A stretch of DNA of 64,000 nucleotides from Candidatus Delongbacteria bacterium (GTDB lineage Bacteria > CAIWAD01), in assembly GCA_963663545.1 (NCBI GenBank), contig OY760505.1, positions 2,592,001 to 2,656,000 on the forward strand, written 5' to 3'. Below the pieces are notes generated by a model. The model was given only the letters and a program-made list of their open reading frames with translations, was not told where the DNA came from and ran no database searches. Shown one piece after another: positions 38,049 through 47,249 of this stretch (position 1 is its first letter; every line of letters begins with the position of its first letter). The position numbers and the translations under genes were made by a program.

Positions 38049-40811
38049 ATGGATCGCCTGCAAGTCTATGTCGTATCACATACACACTGGGACCGGGAGT
38101 GGTACTGGAGCTACGCGCGCTACCGTGTCAACCTGCTGCGCGTGATGCGCGATCTCTTTGAGAAGCTGGAGGCCGGTGGCGAGTTCAAGCACTTCGTGCT
38201 GGACGGTCAGCTGGCGGTGCTGGACGATTACCTGGCGGCTTATCCCGCCGAGGCCGGACGCATCCGCGAGCTGGTGGAGGCTGGTCGTATTTCACTGGGG
38301 CCCTGGTACATCCTGCCCGACGAGTTTTTGGTGTCCGGCGAAGCTACTGTGCGCAACCTGCAACTAGGTCTGCGCCGTGGCGCGGAGCTGGGCGGCACCG
38401 TGCGCGTGGGCTACATTCCCGACAGTTTTGGCCACCTGGGCCAGATGCCGCAGATTCTGCAGCAGGCGGGCATCGACAACTTCATCTACACTCGCGGCAA
38501 CGGCGACGAACTGGACGAACTAGGCAGCGAGTACTGGTGGCTGGCCCCCGACGGCAGCCGCGTGTTGGCGGTCAACCAGCTAGGCGGCTACTGCAATGGT
38601 GCGGCCCTGGGCATGGCGGAGATCTGGGAAGCCCACACGCTGCGCGAAGTCAGCCTGCCCCTGGCGGTGGAAAAGGCGCGCAAGCTCATCGGCGAGCTGG
38701 CCAAAGCTTCCAACGGCAAGGTGCTGCTGTTCAATAATGGCTGCGATCATCATCCCGCCCAGCGCGACTTTGATGCCGTGATACGCGCGCTGCGGGAGGC
38801 CATGCCCGAGTGCGACTTCCACCACACGGGACACACACACTTCCTCGCGGCGCTGAAGGCTGCCGCGACGACCCGCGAAGAGTTCCAGGGCGAGCTGCTG
38901 GGCGGACGCCACCACCACATTCTTTCCGGCGTGTGGAGCGCGCGCATGTACTTGAAGCAGCAGAACGAGCTGGCGCAGACGCTGCTGGAGCAGGTGCTGG
39001 AGCCGCTCGCCTCTGTCGCCAGCCTGCACTATGGCCGCCACTACCCGCAGGGGCTGCTGGACGAGTGCTGGCGCACGCTGCTGCAGAACCATCCCCACGA
39101 TTCCATCTGCGGCTGTTCCGTGGACGAGGTGCATCGCGAAATGATGACGCGCTTCGATCACATCCTCCAGAGCGCCGAAGAAGAACTGCGCTGGCTGGGC
39201 CGTGACACAATGCCCTACTTCGCACCTACGCGCGAGCAGGATACACAGACTGCGTTGGCGGTGTTCAACCCGCTACCCTGGCGGCGTGATGCACTGGCGC
39301 GGCGCATGGTAATTCTGCTGCCCGATGATCAGCCCATCGAGGAGCTGGAGCTGGTGGACGAGCAGGACAAGGTTGTGCCCTTTGATGTGATCCAACGCCA
39401 GTGGGTGCAGCGCTTCTGGAACGTGGACTATCGCGGCGAGCTGAGCTGGGAGGCTCAGCTGGATGCCTTCGCACCCTATCGCGAGCGCTTCGCCGAGCGC
39501 ATCCTCTTTGACGGACCGCAGGAGCCGGAGAAGCTGGTGGACCAGTACGTCGATCTGCAGTTCGTGGCTCGCGACCTGCCCGCCGTTGGTCACAAACGCT
39601 ATCGCCTGCGTCAGCGGCAGTCGCCTGTATCACAATCCGAAACGGCTTGTGTCACATGCAGGAAGAACACACTGGAGAACGGCCTGCTGCGTGTCACGTT
39701 ACACGGCAACGGCTGCTTCGACATGGAGGACCTGCGCGATGGTCGTAGCTGGCAGAACCTCAATCTGATGGTGGATGTGGAGGACGCCGGTGACGAGTAC
39801 GACTGGAGCCACTGCACCAACAGCCAAACCCTGACCAGCGCCGATTGCCAGGGCGAAGTCAGCGTGTGTTACAAGGCTTCGCTGGCCGCCGCGCTGGAAG
39901 CCCGTTTTGCCATGAATCTGCCTCGCGCGCTGAGTGCCGATCGCAGAAACCGTGACACAGAGCTTGTCGCCTGTCCCGTTGTGGTACGCGTCGAGCTGCA
40001 GTCCGGCAGCCCGGTAGTGGATGTGCGTGTGCGCGTCGACAATCAGGCGGAAGACCATCGCTTGCGCGCGCGCTTTGCCAGCGGCGTACGCACGGAGCAC
40101 CTCAGTTCCGATGGCCAGTTCATGGTGGCCAAACGCAGCCTCAAGCGCCCCGCCGACGAACACTGGGTACAGCCCGCACCCGACGCTTTCCCCCAGCAGG
40201 ATTTCAGCCTGGTGGAGGAGCAGGGGCAGGGCTTGGCGCTCTTCAATTTTGGCCTGCCGGAGATTGCCGCCCACCAGGACGAGTCGGGCGCGGCGGTTAT
40301 GGAACTCACCCTGCTGCGCGCCGTGGGTTGGCTTTCCCGCGACGATTTCCCCACACGCCGCAACTGCAACGCCGGCCCCACGCTGTTCACGCCCGAAGCC
40401 CAGTGCCTTGGCGAGGCCGAATACCACTATGCCCTGATGCCCTGCACCAAGGGCGTGAACGAGGTCGCTCCCCGCAGCGAGGAGTGGCGCGTGCCCGTCA
40501 TCGTGCGCCAGGGTGTGCTGCCCGGTTCGCTGCCCGATAGCCCCTCGCTGGTTGAGGTTCAGGGCGAGGGCGTGCGCGTCAGCTCTCTGCATCTGCATCG
40601 CGAGCGCGGCACGCTGGTGATTCGCCTCTGGAACATGCACAGGGAGGACACTGGTGTTGAGCTCTTGTTCGGCAAGCGAGTGATGGGTGCGTGGTCCCTG
40701 GACCTGGAGGAGGAGCGCAAGGGCGAGCTGCCCTTTGGGAATCCCGCCTTCTCTGTTGCGCTGAAGGGAGCTGGTATTCTGTCCGTTGAGGTGGCGCTGG
40801 AGGAGAAGTAG
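38049..40811 (+). CDS. GH38 alpha-mannosidase
   Basis: SHTHWDREWY, LDGQ, GPWYILPDEFLVSGE, PDSFGH, NGCDH, QNHPHDSICGCS. Confidence 0.93.
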   Translation: MDRLQVYVVSHTHWDREWYWSYARYRVNLLRVMRDLFEKLEAGGEFKHFVLDGQLAVLDDYLAAYPAEAGRIRELVEAGRISLGPWYILPDEFLVSGEATVRNLQLGLRRGAELGGTVRVGYIPDSFGHLGQMPQILQQAGIDNFIYTRGNGDELDELGSEYWWLAPDGSRVLAVNQLGGYCNGAALGMAEIWEAHTLREVSLPLAVEKARKLIGELAKASNGKVLLFNNGCDHHPAQRDFDAVIRALREAMPECDFHHTGHTHFLAALKAAATTREEFQGELLGGRHHHILSGVWSARMYLKQQNELAQTLLEQVLEPLASVASLHYGRHYPQGLLDECWRTLLQNHPHDSICGCSVDEVHREMMTRFDHILQSAEEELRWLGRDTMPYFAPTREQDTQTALAVFNPLPWRRDALARRMVILLPDDQPIEELELVDEQDKVVPFDVIQRQWVQRFWNVDYRGELSWEAQLDAFAPYRERFAERILFDGPQEPEKLVDQYVDLQFVARDLPAVGHKRYRLRQRQSPVSQSETACVTCRKNTLENGLLRVTLHGNGCFDMEDLRDGRSWQNLNLMVDVEDAGDEYDWSHCTNSQTLTSADCQGEVSVCYKASLAAALEARFAMNLPRALSADRRNRDTELVACPVVVRVELQSGSPVVDVRVRVDNQAEDHRLRARFASGVRTEHLSSDGQFMVAKRSLKRPADEHWVQPAPDAFPQQDFSLVEEQGQGLALFNFGLPEIAAHQDESGAAVMELTLLRAVGWLSRDDFPTRRNCNAGPTLFTPEAQCLGEAEYHYALMPCTKGVNEVAPRSEEWRVPVIVRQGVLPGSLPDSPSLVEVQGEGVRVSSLHLHRERGTLVIRLWNMHREDTGVELLFGKRVMGAWSLDLEEERKGELPFGNPAFSVALKGAGILSVEVALEEK

Positions 40812-40980
40812 TGCGCACTTCTCGAGGCGCATTTTCTCGTCCATTCGCTTTTCATCGAAATCGGGATCGAAATCGATTTCGGAGTCGGCATCGGAGCATA
40901 GCTGAACGCATTCAGCCCTTCCTTCGAGATTTCTAGCGGGCGAACGCCCGCTTTTCTCTTTTGTACCTGCGCGGTAGGCG

Positions 40981-41172
40981 CGCCTGCGGCGGGCGAAGAC
41001 AAGTTACTTTCTTTGTCGCGCCAAAGAAAGTAACAAAGAAAGCGCTTTTTCCCTCCGACCCGAGGACGCTTGTCCGCTGGACAACCGCCGCGGGCGGGCA
41101 CCATTTGATGGCTGGAGGGCAGCGCTCATTGGTTCAAGCCTTCGGCTTTCACCTCTGACCTTGCGGCCATTT
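40981..41172 (+). repeat. Structured ~190-bp repeat, copy 1 (inverted relative to 50124-50314)
   Basis: Aligns with the reverse complement of 50124-50314. Contains the 13-bp stem GTTACTTTCTTTG-tcgcgc-CAAAGAAAGTAAC. Confidence 0.85.
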
Positions 41173-41823
41173 CGGTGGGCTTGCTGTTGGGTAGGGTGGC
41201 TGTGTGGCTGAAGAATCGGCAGCCGATTCTTCGTCTTCTCTTCGACAAGTGATCCAGAAGGCTAGGAGGAGATTTCTCGCCATTACCTAGAGCTGCGCTT
41301 GAGCTCAGTCCAGATGCGAGGAATCTCAGAGGAGTCACGCGCGGCTTCGCCGAGGAGCCTCGACCCTGCATAGGGAGCAGCCCAGGATTGTGCGCCCCAA
41401 TGACAGGGAGGGGCTGAAGGCCCGATTTCCCTCAGAAAGCACGTGAATGACGCCACTATCTGTACGAATGCAGAAATCTGAAAATGGACATTGGCTGGTT
41501 GCGTGGAAAAAGGCGGGAGCGCTGACGCTGTCAAGATAAGTCCGTCTTGATAAGTACGAAACTCTGTCAGGATAAGAGATTAACAAGGGCGGTTCAAGGA
41601 GTTGGCGTTCAGCAAAGAAGTTCGAATTCGGGTGTTGACCATTTTTGATAGGGCCTTGATTTTCCTTGCCATGGCTATGCAGCATTTGTGATTTTGGGTC
41701 CGTGCTTGGCTGGATGCACAGGAATACCGCAATGCGAACGTCGGACTTAACGGGACCAAGAGAAGTACGAGGTGGCGGGATAACACGGTCCGTAGAATCA
41801 GATGTTAGGCAGATGAGGGACAC

Positions 41824-42582
41824 ATGAAAGACGGTTTACCAAAAACCGGTTTAAGGTGGTCAATTGCAATCTCATTGCTCTTGTTGGCTGGCTTTTTGGT
41901 TCTTCAGATCAAAATGCCGAAGCTGCTCGAGTTAGATGCCAAATGGATTGCCTTGTCCGTTCTTCCGGTGCTACTTGTTTTAGTGACAAGTGGCTACATT
42001 TCAAAGTTCAAGGGTTTTGGTATAGAGCTTGAAAGCCGAGTGAATGCACAAGTGCAGACTGTCGAATACACTGCAACTGATCTTGCAATTGATAGCCCCG
42101 TAAGTGAGAAAGGCTCAGTGTCAATACTCGAAGGGTGGTCGTTCGAAAGAAGGAAGAAGGTCAAGAGAATTAGGTTTAGACAAGGAAGAAGAAGGTACTA
42201 TGGTCGTGACGCAGTACTACAATACCTAGAATACTTACCCAATGTGGAGTATTTCGAGATATCGGACAGCAGAGATAGGTTTGTGGGTCTAATTCCTGTT
42301 GAAGCCATACGAGATACAACCGAACCGAATATGATGAGAGATTGGATAGACGCTTTTCTCGACTCAATTGAGTCGAGAAGTGTAAAAAGTGTGTATGGTG
42401 ATCTGATAATTGGTGTGATCGTTAGAGAAGAAGAAAAGATCGTTGAAATGCTGAGGAAGCTAAGAAAGACCAACCAGTCAGTTGCTTGTGTTGTAAGTAA
42501 GGAGCAAAAGTTCGTTGGATTGGTCAGCAGGGCAGAGATCGAAAAGCACATTGTCGATGAAGTTCTAAAGGCAACTGCCTAA
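41824..42582 (+). CDS. Cassette 1: membrane-anchored protein with a C-terminal CBS-like domain
   Basis: Two N-terminal TM helices then KFKGFGIELE. CBS-like segments (DRFVGLIP, VVSKEQKFVGLVSRAEI). The stop lies inside the attC inverse core. Confidence 0.72.
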   Translation: MKDGLPKTGLRWSIAISLLLLAGFLVLQIKMPKLLELDAKWIALSVLPVLLVLVTSGYISKFKGFGIELESRVNAQVQTVEYTATDLAIDSPVSEKGSVSILEGWSFERRKKVKRIRFRQGRRRYYGRDAVLQYLEYLPNVEYFEISDSRDRFVGLIPVEAIRDTTEPNMMRDWIDAFLDSIESRSVKSVYGDLIIGVIVREEEKIVEMLRKLRKTNQSVACVVSKEQKFVGLVSRAEIEKHIVDEVLKATA

Positions 42583-42749
42583 CAAGAACTTGCAATTGTC
42601 CCGCCCAGCGTCACGTCGCTTGCAGGACAGCGAAATAGAGCATTGGGCCTTCGGCCACAATGCGCAAACCGGTTCGCTTCGCGAACCCGTAGATCTTGCG
42701 ACGCAAGCGTCGCGCCACTGAACGGGCAATAGAAGTTTGACCGTTAGCC
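42577..42749 (+). other. attC site (173 bp)
   Basis: GCCTAAC ... GTTAGCC. The arms AACTTGCAATTGTCCCG and CGGGCAATAGAAGTT pair with extrahelical bases. Confidence 0.85.
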
Positions 42750-42764
42750 ATACTAGGAGGTGCA

Positions 42765-43727
42765 TTGCAAGATACTCACACATATGAAGAGCTTCAGGAA
42801 CTGCTCTTTCGATTCGAAAGTGTGCTACAGAGCAATGGCGTTCGAATTGAAGCAGGATCCAGTCTGGAAAGAGTTAGTTTACAAGTAATGTCTATGCTAG
42901 AAAAGTATGAAACTGAAATTCAGAAACAGAAAGATCGTGTGGCCATTCGAGATTACTTTATGGAGTACATGGGCTATTCTGACTTTATTGGGAAAATTGT
43001 CAACTGTAGCGAGTCAGAGCACTTTGAGAAACTTATGCCACATTTGCGTTTATTAAATAGGGCAAAGGTGGTAGATCAGCATTCAAAATCTTTAAGTACA
43101 GATCAAATCAACAATAAGCTCTTCGAACTTTTCGTTGCTTGCTTGTGTATTTCAGCCGGATGCGAAAGTATTGATCTGGACGATCCGGAATCGTCTAAGG
43201 GTGACAATCCTGACATTATGGCCAGCTTTGAAGGCGTAATGTGGGGTTTTGGCTGTAAAGCTCTACAATCTGATAATCACTTAACGATTTTCAATAATTT
43301 GGAATCAGCAGTTGACCAGATTAAACGATCTAGATCAGCAATTGGAATTCCAGTCCTGTCAATGAAGAATGTGTTGGACAGGAATAAATTCTGGCCAATA
43401 CTATACTCGCCAATAAATGGCGAAGCGCAGTTTGGAGCATTTTTAGATACTAGCTCACCATGTGAATTGGCAATAAAGAATGCCACTGAAATTTTCCGTC
43501 CAGTAGTTGAGCAGTTCGGCTCTTCTGGATTTTCAAATCTGTTTCAAGATCCTCGCGTTGAAGGAGCCTGCTTACTTTATCTGCCAATCGCTTCTCCAAT
43601 TGTTCATGGATCGTCTTTCGCACCTGCACGCATAAACTTATTCTATCTCATGAGATTCTTTGATGTTGGAAGAGGTACAGAGATCTTGTTTCAGCGACTC
43701 AATCACCACTTGCAAGTCCTAAGATGA
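42765..43727 (+). CDS. Cassette 2: hypothetical protein, possibly a PD-(D/E)xK-like nuclease fold
   Basis: AGGAGG RBS with a TTG start. Motif FELFVA...NPDIMASFEGVMWGFGCK. Confidence 0.68.
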   Translation: MQDTHTYEELQELLFRFESVLQSNGVRIEAGSSLERVSLQVMSMLEKYETEIQKQKDRVAIRDYFMEYMGYSDFIGKIVNCSESEHFEKLMPHLRLLNRAKVVDQHSKSLSTDQINNKLFELFVACLCISAGCESIDLDDPESSKGDNPDIMASFEGVMWGFGCKALQSDNHLTIFNNLESAVDQIKRSRSAIGIPVLSMKNVLDRNKFWPILYSPINGEAQFGAFLDTSSPCELAIKNATEIFRPVVEQFGSSGFSNLFQDPRVEGACLLYLPIASPIVHGSSFAPARINLFYLMRFFDVGRGTEILFQRLNHHLQVLR

Positions 43728-44164
43728 TGGCTAACACTTATGAGGCCCCCATTGTCAAGAGCACAGAGGTATTCCTTCCGATTTTCGGCTCTTTGAAAGG
43801 AAGGCGAGATCCTGATCCCGGCTTGATTTCACGGCCAGGCGCAGAGTGATTCCGCGCCAAACACCTATAGAGGGTCACGCTCCAGCATGGCTGGACCGGC
43901 AAGACGACGGGGTCTTAACGCCCTAGAAACTCATTCGTACCCATATGCCGATCTATTCAATAATACAGGCTCAGCGGCAGCTGTCCAGTTCGTTCCAGAT
44001 CGGGGATGGAGCGGAATCAACTTGTTCAGCACCTTCTTTGTTATCAACGGGCAACCAGTCAATCAAATACACGGGCTCGGAGCATTTTGATCGAGCAGGA
44101 CGATCGTGCTTTCTGCACATGGTGATTCCGTCCAGCATTCCGATTCGCCCCTGATGTCCAGTTA

Positions 44165-45262
44165 TAGGGGTGCTCATAAGTTCTGTCCAAGACCCTCTGT
44201 TTTTGCTCGGCTGAAAGTCTCATCTTGATGCATGAGACAAGTCATACCACCCAACCCCGAAAACGATAGCCTTGCCAACATCGAACTGACCATTCGCGCC
44301 ACAGCCGACAGAGATATGGCCAATCGACTGGCGGTTGTCCGACTGGCCATCAAGGGCCACAGCGAAGAGCAAATAGCTGATATCGCAATGGTTAGCACAC
44401 GTTCTGTTCGACGCTACATCCAGCTTTTCAACGAGGGCGGGATTGATTCCCTTGCCAGCGCAAGCCGTGCTGGCCGACCGTCGCTCGTCTCAGAGATTGA
44501 GGAGGAGATCATCCTCTACAATCTGGATCACCCTGAGTTTGTGGGTGAATCTCACTGGACCCTTTTGAAGCTGCACGAGCGGATCAAACCGGTCCTGGCG
44601 CATCAGATTGGCTACTCCACACTGACCCGCCTGGTGCGCGATGCAGGCTATCGGCGTCTTGTGCCACGGCCCGAATCGCCCGAACGCGACGACGAGAAGC
44701 GCAAAGTGTTTGTAACCGACCTGCATCAATCCCTGAATAATCATGAGGTTCAGGTTTGGTTCATGGACGAGGCTGGCTTCTTGGCGGACCCAAGGCCGAA
44801 GGCCCAGTGGGCGAAGAGAGGCACGAAGCCGGTCTGTCCGATGACGGGGAAGCACATTCGCCACAGCCTGATTGGTGCTATCCAGCCTGATACGGGCGAG
44901 TTCACGACACTCATTTTCAGTCGGACGAATGCAGCCGTTTTCCAGGTCTTTCTGGATGAGTTCGACCATCAAACCCATGGGCGACCGACGGTTATGGTGC
45001 TGGATAATGCTTCGTGGCATCACGCTAAGTGTTTGAATTGGCACAACATCAAGCCGCTCTATCTTCCGCCGTACTCGCCCGATTTGAACCCCATTGAGCG
45101 TCTATGGAAGTACATCAAAGAGCACTGGTTCGCGGGCTGGTACTGCAAGACCCACGAAGAGCTGCTGGAGCGTCTGGTGGAGGCGGTCAAGTCGCTCTTC
45201 GAGAACACATCACGCGTCAGATCTGTGTGCCGTGTCTCGGACAGGACTTCTTAGCAGCCCTA
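44165..45262 (+). mobile_element. IS630-family insertion sequence, apparently intact
   Basis: Imperfect ~29-bp IRs TAGGGGTGCTCATAAGTTCTGTCCAAGAC / GTCTCGGACAGGACTTCTTAGCAGCCCTA. TA duplication at 44163-64 and 45263-64. Confidence 0.92.
44232..45254 (+). CDS. IS630 transposase
   Basis: HTH N-terminus and DDE motifs WFMDEAGF, VLDNASWH, PPYSPDLNPIERLW. Confidence 0.95.
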   Translation: MRQVIPPNPENDSLANIELTIRATADRDMANRLAVVRLAIKGHSEEQIADIAMVSTRSVRRYIQLFNEGGIDSLASASRAGRPSLVSEIEEEIILYNLDHPEFVGESHWTLLKLHERIKPVLAHQIGYSTLTRLVRDAGYRRLVPRPESPERDDEKRKVFVTDLHQSLNNHEVQVWFMDEAGFLADPRPKAQWAKRGTKPVCPMTGKHIRHSLIGAIQPDTGEFTTLIFSRTNAAVFQVFLDEFDHQTHGRPTVMVLDNASWHHAKCLNWHNIKPLYLPPYSPDLNPIERLWKYIKEHWFAGWYCKTHEELLERLVEAVKSLFENTSRVRSVCRVSDRTS

Positions 45263-45309
45263 TAGACGGTGGACCTGATTGCCCGTGGATCAGGCCGCCA
45301 GGAAGCGAG

Positions 45310-45869
45310 CCATTCACCCTGGTCATGGGATCGTCGAACAGGTACAGGCCAGGATCCTCTAGATCCAACCGTTGTGTCTTCCCAGTCAGGGCATGCAGGT
45401 TGGCTTGGCTTTGGGTATTGACGACATGTGCCATCAGTTCAGCGCGAAAACGTACCAGCGCTGTTCGTCTGCGAAGCAGATCTCGCGTCGCGCGCATGGC
45501 CTTCGGATAGACATAGGCCATGGGAAAGACGCCACCTCGGATCATGTGGGCAATCTTGGTGGCATCCAGTTTGTCGTTTTCGGCTTTGGCCCCGTGAATG
45601 GCTTTCATGTAGAGCGCATGTCCCAGTAGAAAGGGAATTCCTTCGTCTTCGCAAAGATCGGCGAGCCAGTACCGGGTGAACATGCAATCGACTCCGACGA
45701 TGAGGTCATCGCGGTAGGGCTGAATGGCAACGAGAAAGGCGGCTGCGCTTGTGGGAATGTTTTGTTGCAAGCAGATTGTTCCCCGTTCATCCAGCACGCA
45801 TAGGTACATTGTTTTCGCATGCAGGTCAATTCCGCATGTGTGACGGTGTTGGCCTTGATAGAATCTCAT
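45310..45869 (-). pseudogene. Truncated IS110-family (DEDD) transposase
   Basis: CGIDLHAKTMY, VGVDCMF, NDKLDA and RDLLRRR are present. Homology stops after about DDPMTRVN, and the C-terminal PGIG/serine domain is absent even after removing the IS630. Confidence 0.85.
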
Positions 45870-45945
45870 GGTCTCCTTCTGAGTGGGTGATTGTGACTAC
45901 CCGAAGTATCGGGTCACTCGTGAAAGGAGGGGCCTCTATGAAGAT

Positions 45946-46063
45946 CAAATGCTTGCTGCGGCCACACGGTGTGTAACGCCAATTGCAGGCCAAGCAAGTT
46001 CGTTGTGATACAGAGTTGATGGCAAATGCCGCGCCACTGGCCCGCAGAAGCTGGACATTAGCC
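45946..46063 (+). other. Remainder of attC2, with the core mutated to ATTAGCC
   Basis: Arms GCTTGCTGCGG and CCGCAGAAGC. ATTAGCCACA is near-complementary to TGTGGCTAAC at 46871-46880. Confidence 0.75.
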
Positions 46064-46078
46064 ACAGTTGAGGTAGAT

Positions 46079-46810
46079 ATGAAAGAAATGTACATACAGT
46101 GCAATAGGATTATTCGATCTATTCATGCGCTGCTAAAGGAAATGGAACAAGCTTACAATTATGAGAGCGATGGGATCGCAGTAGGCTGTTTATCGTCAGT
46201 GTTCAACAGACAGCTTGGGGATCTTAAACGAGTCTGGCCAAATGATCTTGATGATGAGATCATCCACGAGATTGGTGCAACTCTGGCTCAGAAAATGCCA
46301 GATTCATTGTGGAAAATAGGTCAAGAACTACTCCCAGATTTAGAAGACTCTATAGATAAGTATTATTCAGCCCAGTCATACTCTGAGATCGACTTCTCAA
46401 TTATTGATCTTCTTCATAGCCGGATTGTGGTCAGTGCCTATGCTCAATTCAGAAGTGGTTTGTATAGAGATGCCGTATTGAATTCTGTTATCGCTGTGTT
46501 TGATTATTTGCGCGAACGGTCTGGTCTTGAAAGTGACGGTGCTAAACTGGCTGCTGAAGCACTATCAGTTGAAAATCCTAGAATAGTATTATCGTCACTC
46601 GAAAATGAGTCAGGGCGAAATGAACAGAAGGGATTTCTGCAGATATTTCAGGGCTACTACTTAGGAGTCCGAAATCCAAAAGCACACTCACTGGCCATTA
46701 AACCAACGAAGAAGATCGCAGCGCAGTACTTAGTTTTCTCAAGCTTGCTCTGTCGAAGGATTGAACAAGCTCAAATATATGTTGTTACTGATACTGGAGA
46801 TATCGCATAG
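46079..46810 (+). CDS. Cassette 3: TIGR02391-family protein
   Basis: LHSRIV...GLYRDAV...DGAKL...ESGRNEQKGF...GVRNPKAH. GAGG RBS before ATG 46079. Confidence 0.8.
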   Translation: MKEMYIQCNRIIRSIHALLKEMEQAYNYESDGIAVGCLSSVFNRQLGDLKRVWPNDLDDEIIHEIGATLAQKMPDSLWKIGQELLPDLEDSIDKYYSAQSYSEIDFSIIDLLHSRIVVSAYAQFRSGLYRDAVLNSVIAVFDYLRERSGLESDGAKLAAEALSVENPRIVLSSLENESGRNEQKGFLQIFQGYYLGVRNPKAHSLAIKPTKKIAAQYLVFSSLLCRRIEQAQIYVVTDTGDIA

Positions 46811-46873
46811 TACGCTTTTAAGAGCTGAGGTCGTAGTCCAAATCCAGACTTTCAGCTCAACAGGGTGTCCTGT

Positions 46874-47022
46874 GGCTAACAATGGTTTGCTGCGGTCTCA
46901 CGGCGAGTGCCAGCTGAGTGCTGCGCATTCCGTGCTATTTGCTGTTAGTGAGTATTGGTGTCTTCGCATTTGTGATGCAAATGCTTCGCCATTTTGCCCA
47001 TGAGCCTGGCTGGATGTTTAAC
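46874..47022 (+). other. Degenerate attC3
   Basis: GGCTAAC-AATGGTTTGCTGCGG ... GGCTGGAT-GTTTAAC. A further attC-like right end (CAGAAGCAGAC-GTTAAGT) lies at 47209-47226. Confidence 0.55.
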
Positions 47023-47249
47023 GCAGACTGTAGGGTAATCTCCTGGGTTGGGTAGTTTCTCGGTAGCGCAGGCCCGGGGCAGTGTTTACTTTGGTTAGCG
47101 AAAGACGGCAAATGTCACAGCATTTGCCTAAAGGTTTCGGCCAAGAGAAGCTAGCGAAAATGTCGTCCGATTTACGTAGGAAGTCGGCAGCTACTAGCTC
47201 GTGTGCCTCAGAAGCAGACGTTAAGTCACTTTTCTGACAGGAGTTAATA

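Larger units (their letters stand above)
43737..45945 (-). mobile_element. IS110-family (IS1111-type) element inserted in attC2; internally deleted and carrying a nested IS630
   Basis: Flanked by a repeated CA (43735-36 and 45946-47). Removing the element restores GGCTAACAAATGCTTGCTGCGG, similar to the attC at 46874. Sub-terminal IRs GAGGCCCC/GGGGCCTC and a long non-coding 3' end. Confidence 0.85.

Noticed and set aside
40961..41158. 65-aa ORF and its counterpart at 50120-50320 as small proteins
   Set aside because: The frames differ in the 5' half and the substitutions preserve base pairs, which favours a non-coding element.
41260..41410. REP-like palindromic relics
   Set aside because: Too degenerate and single-copy in this window to support a call.
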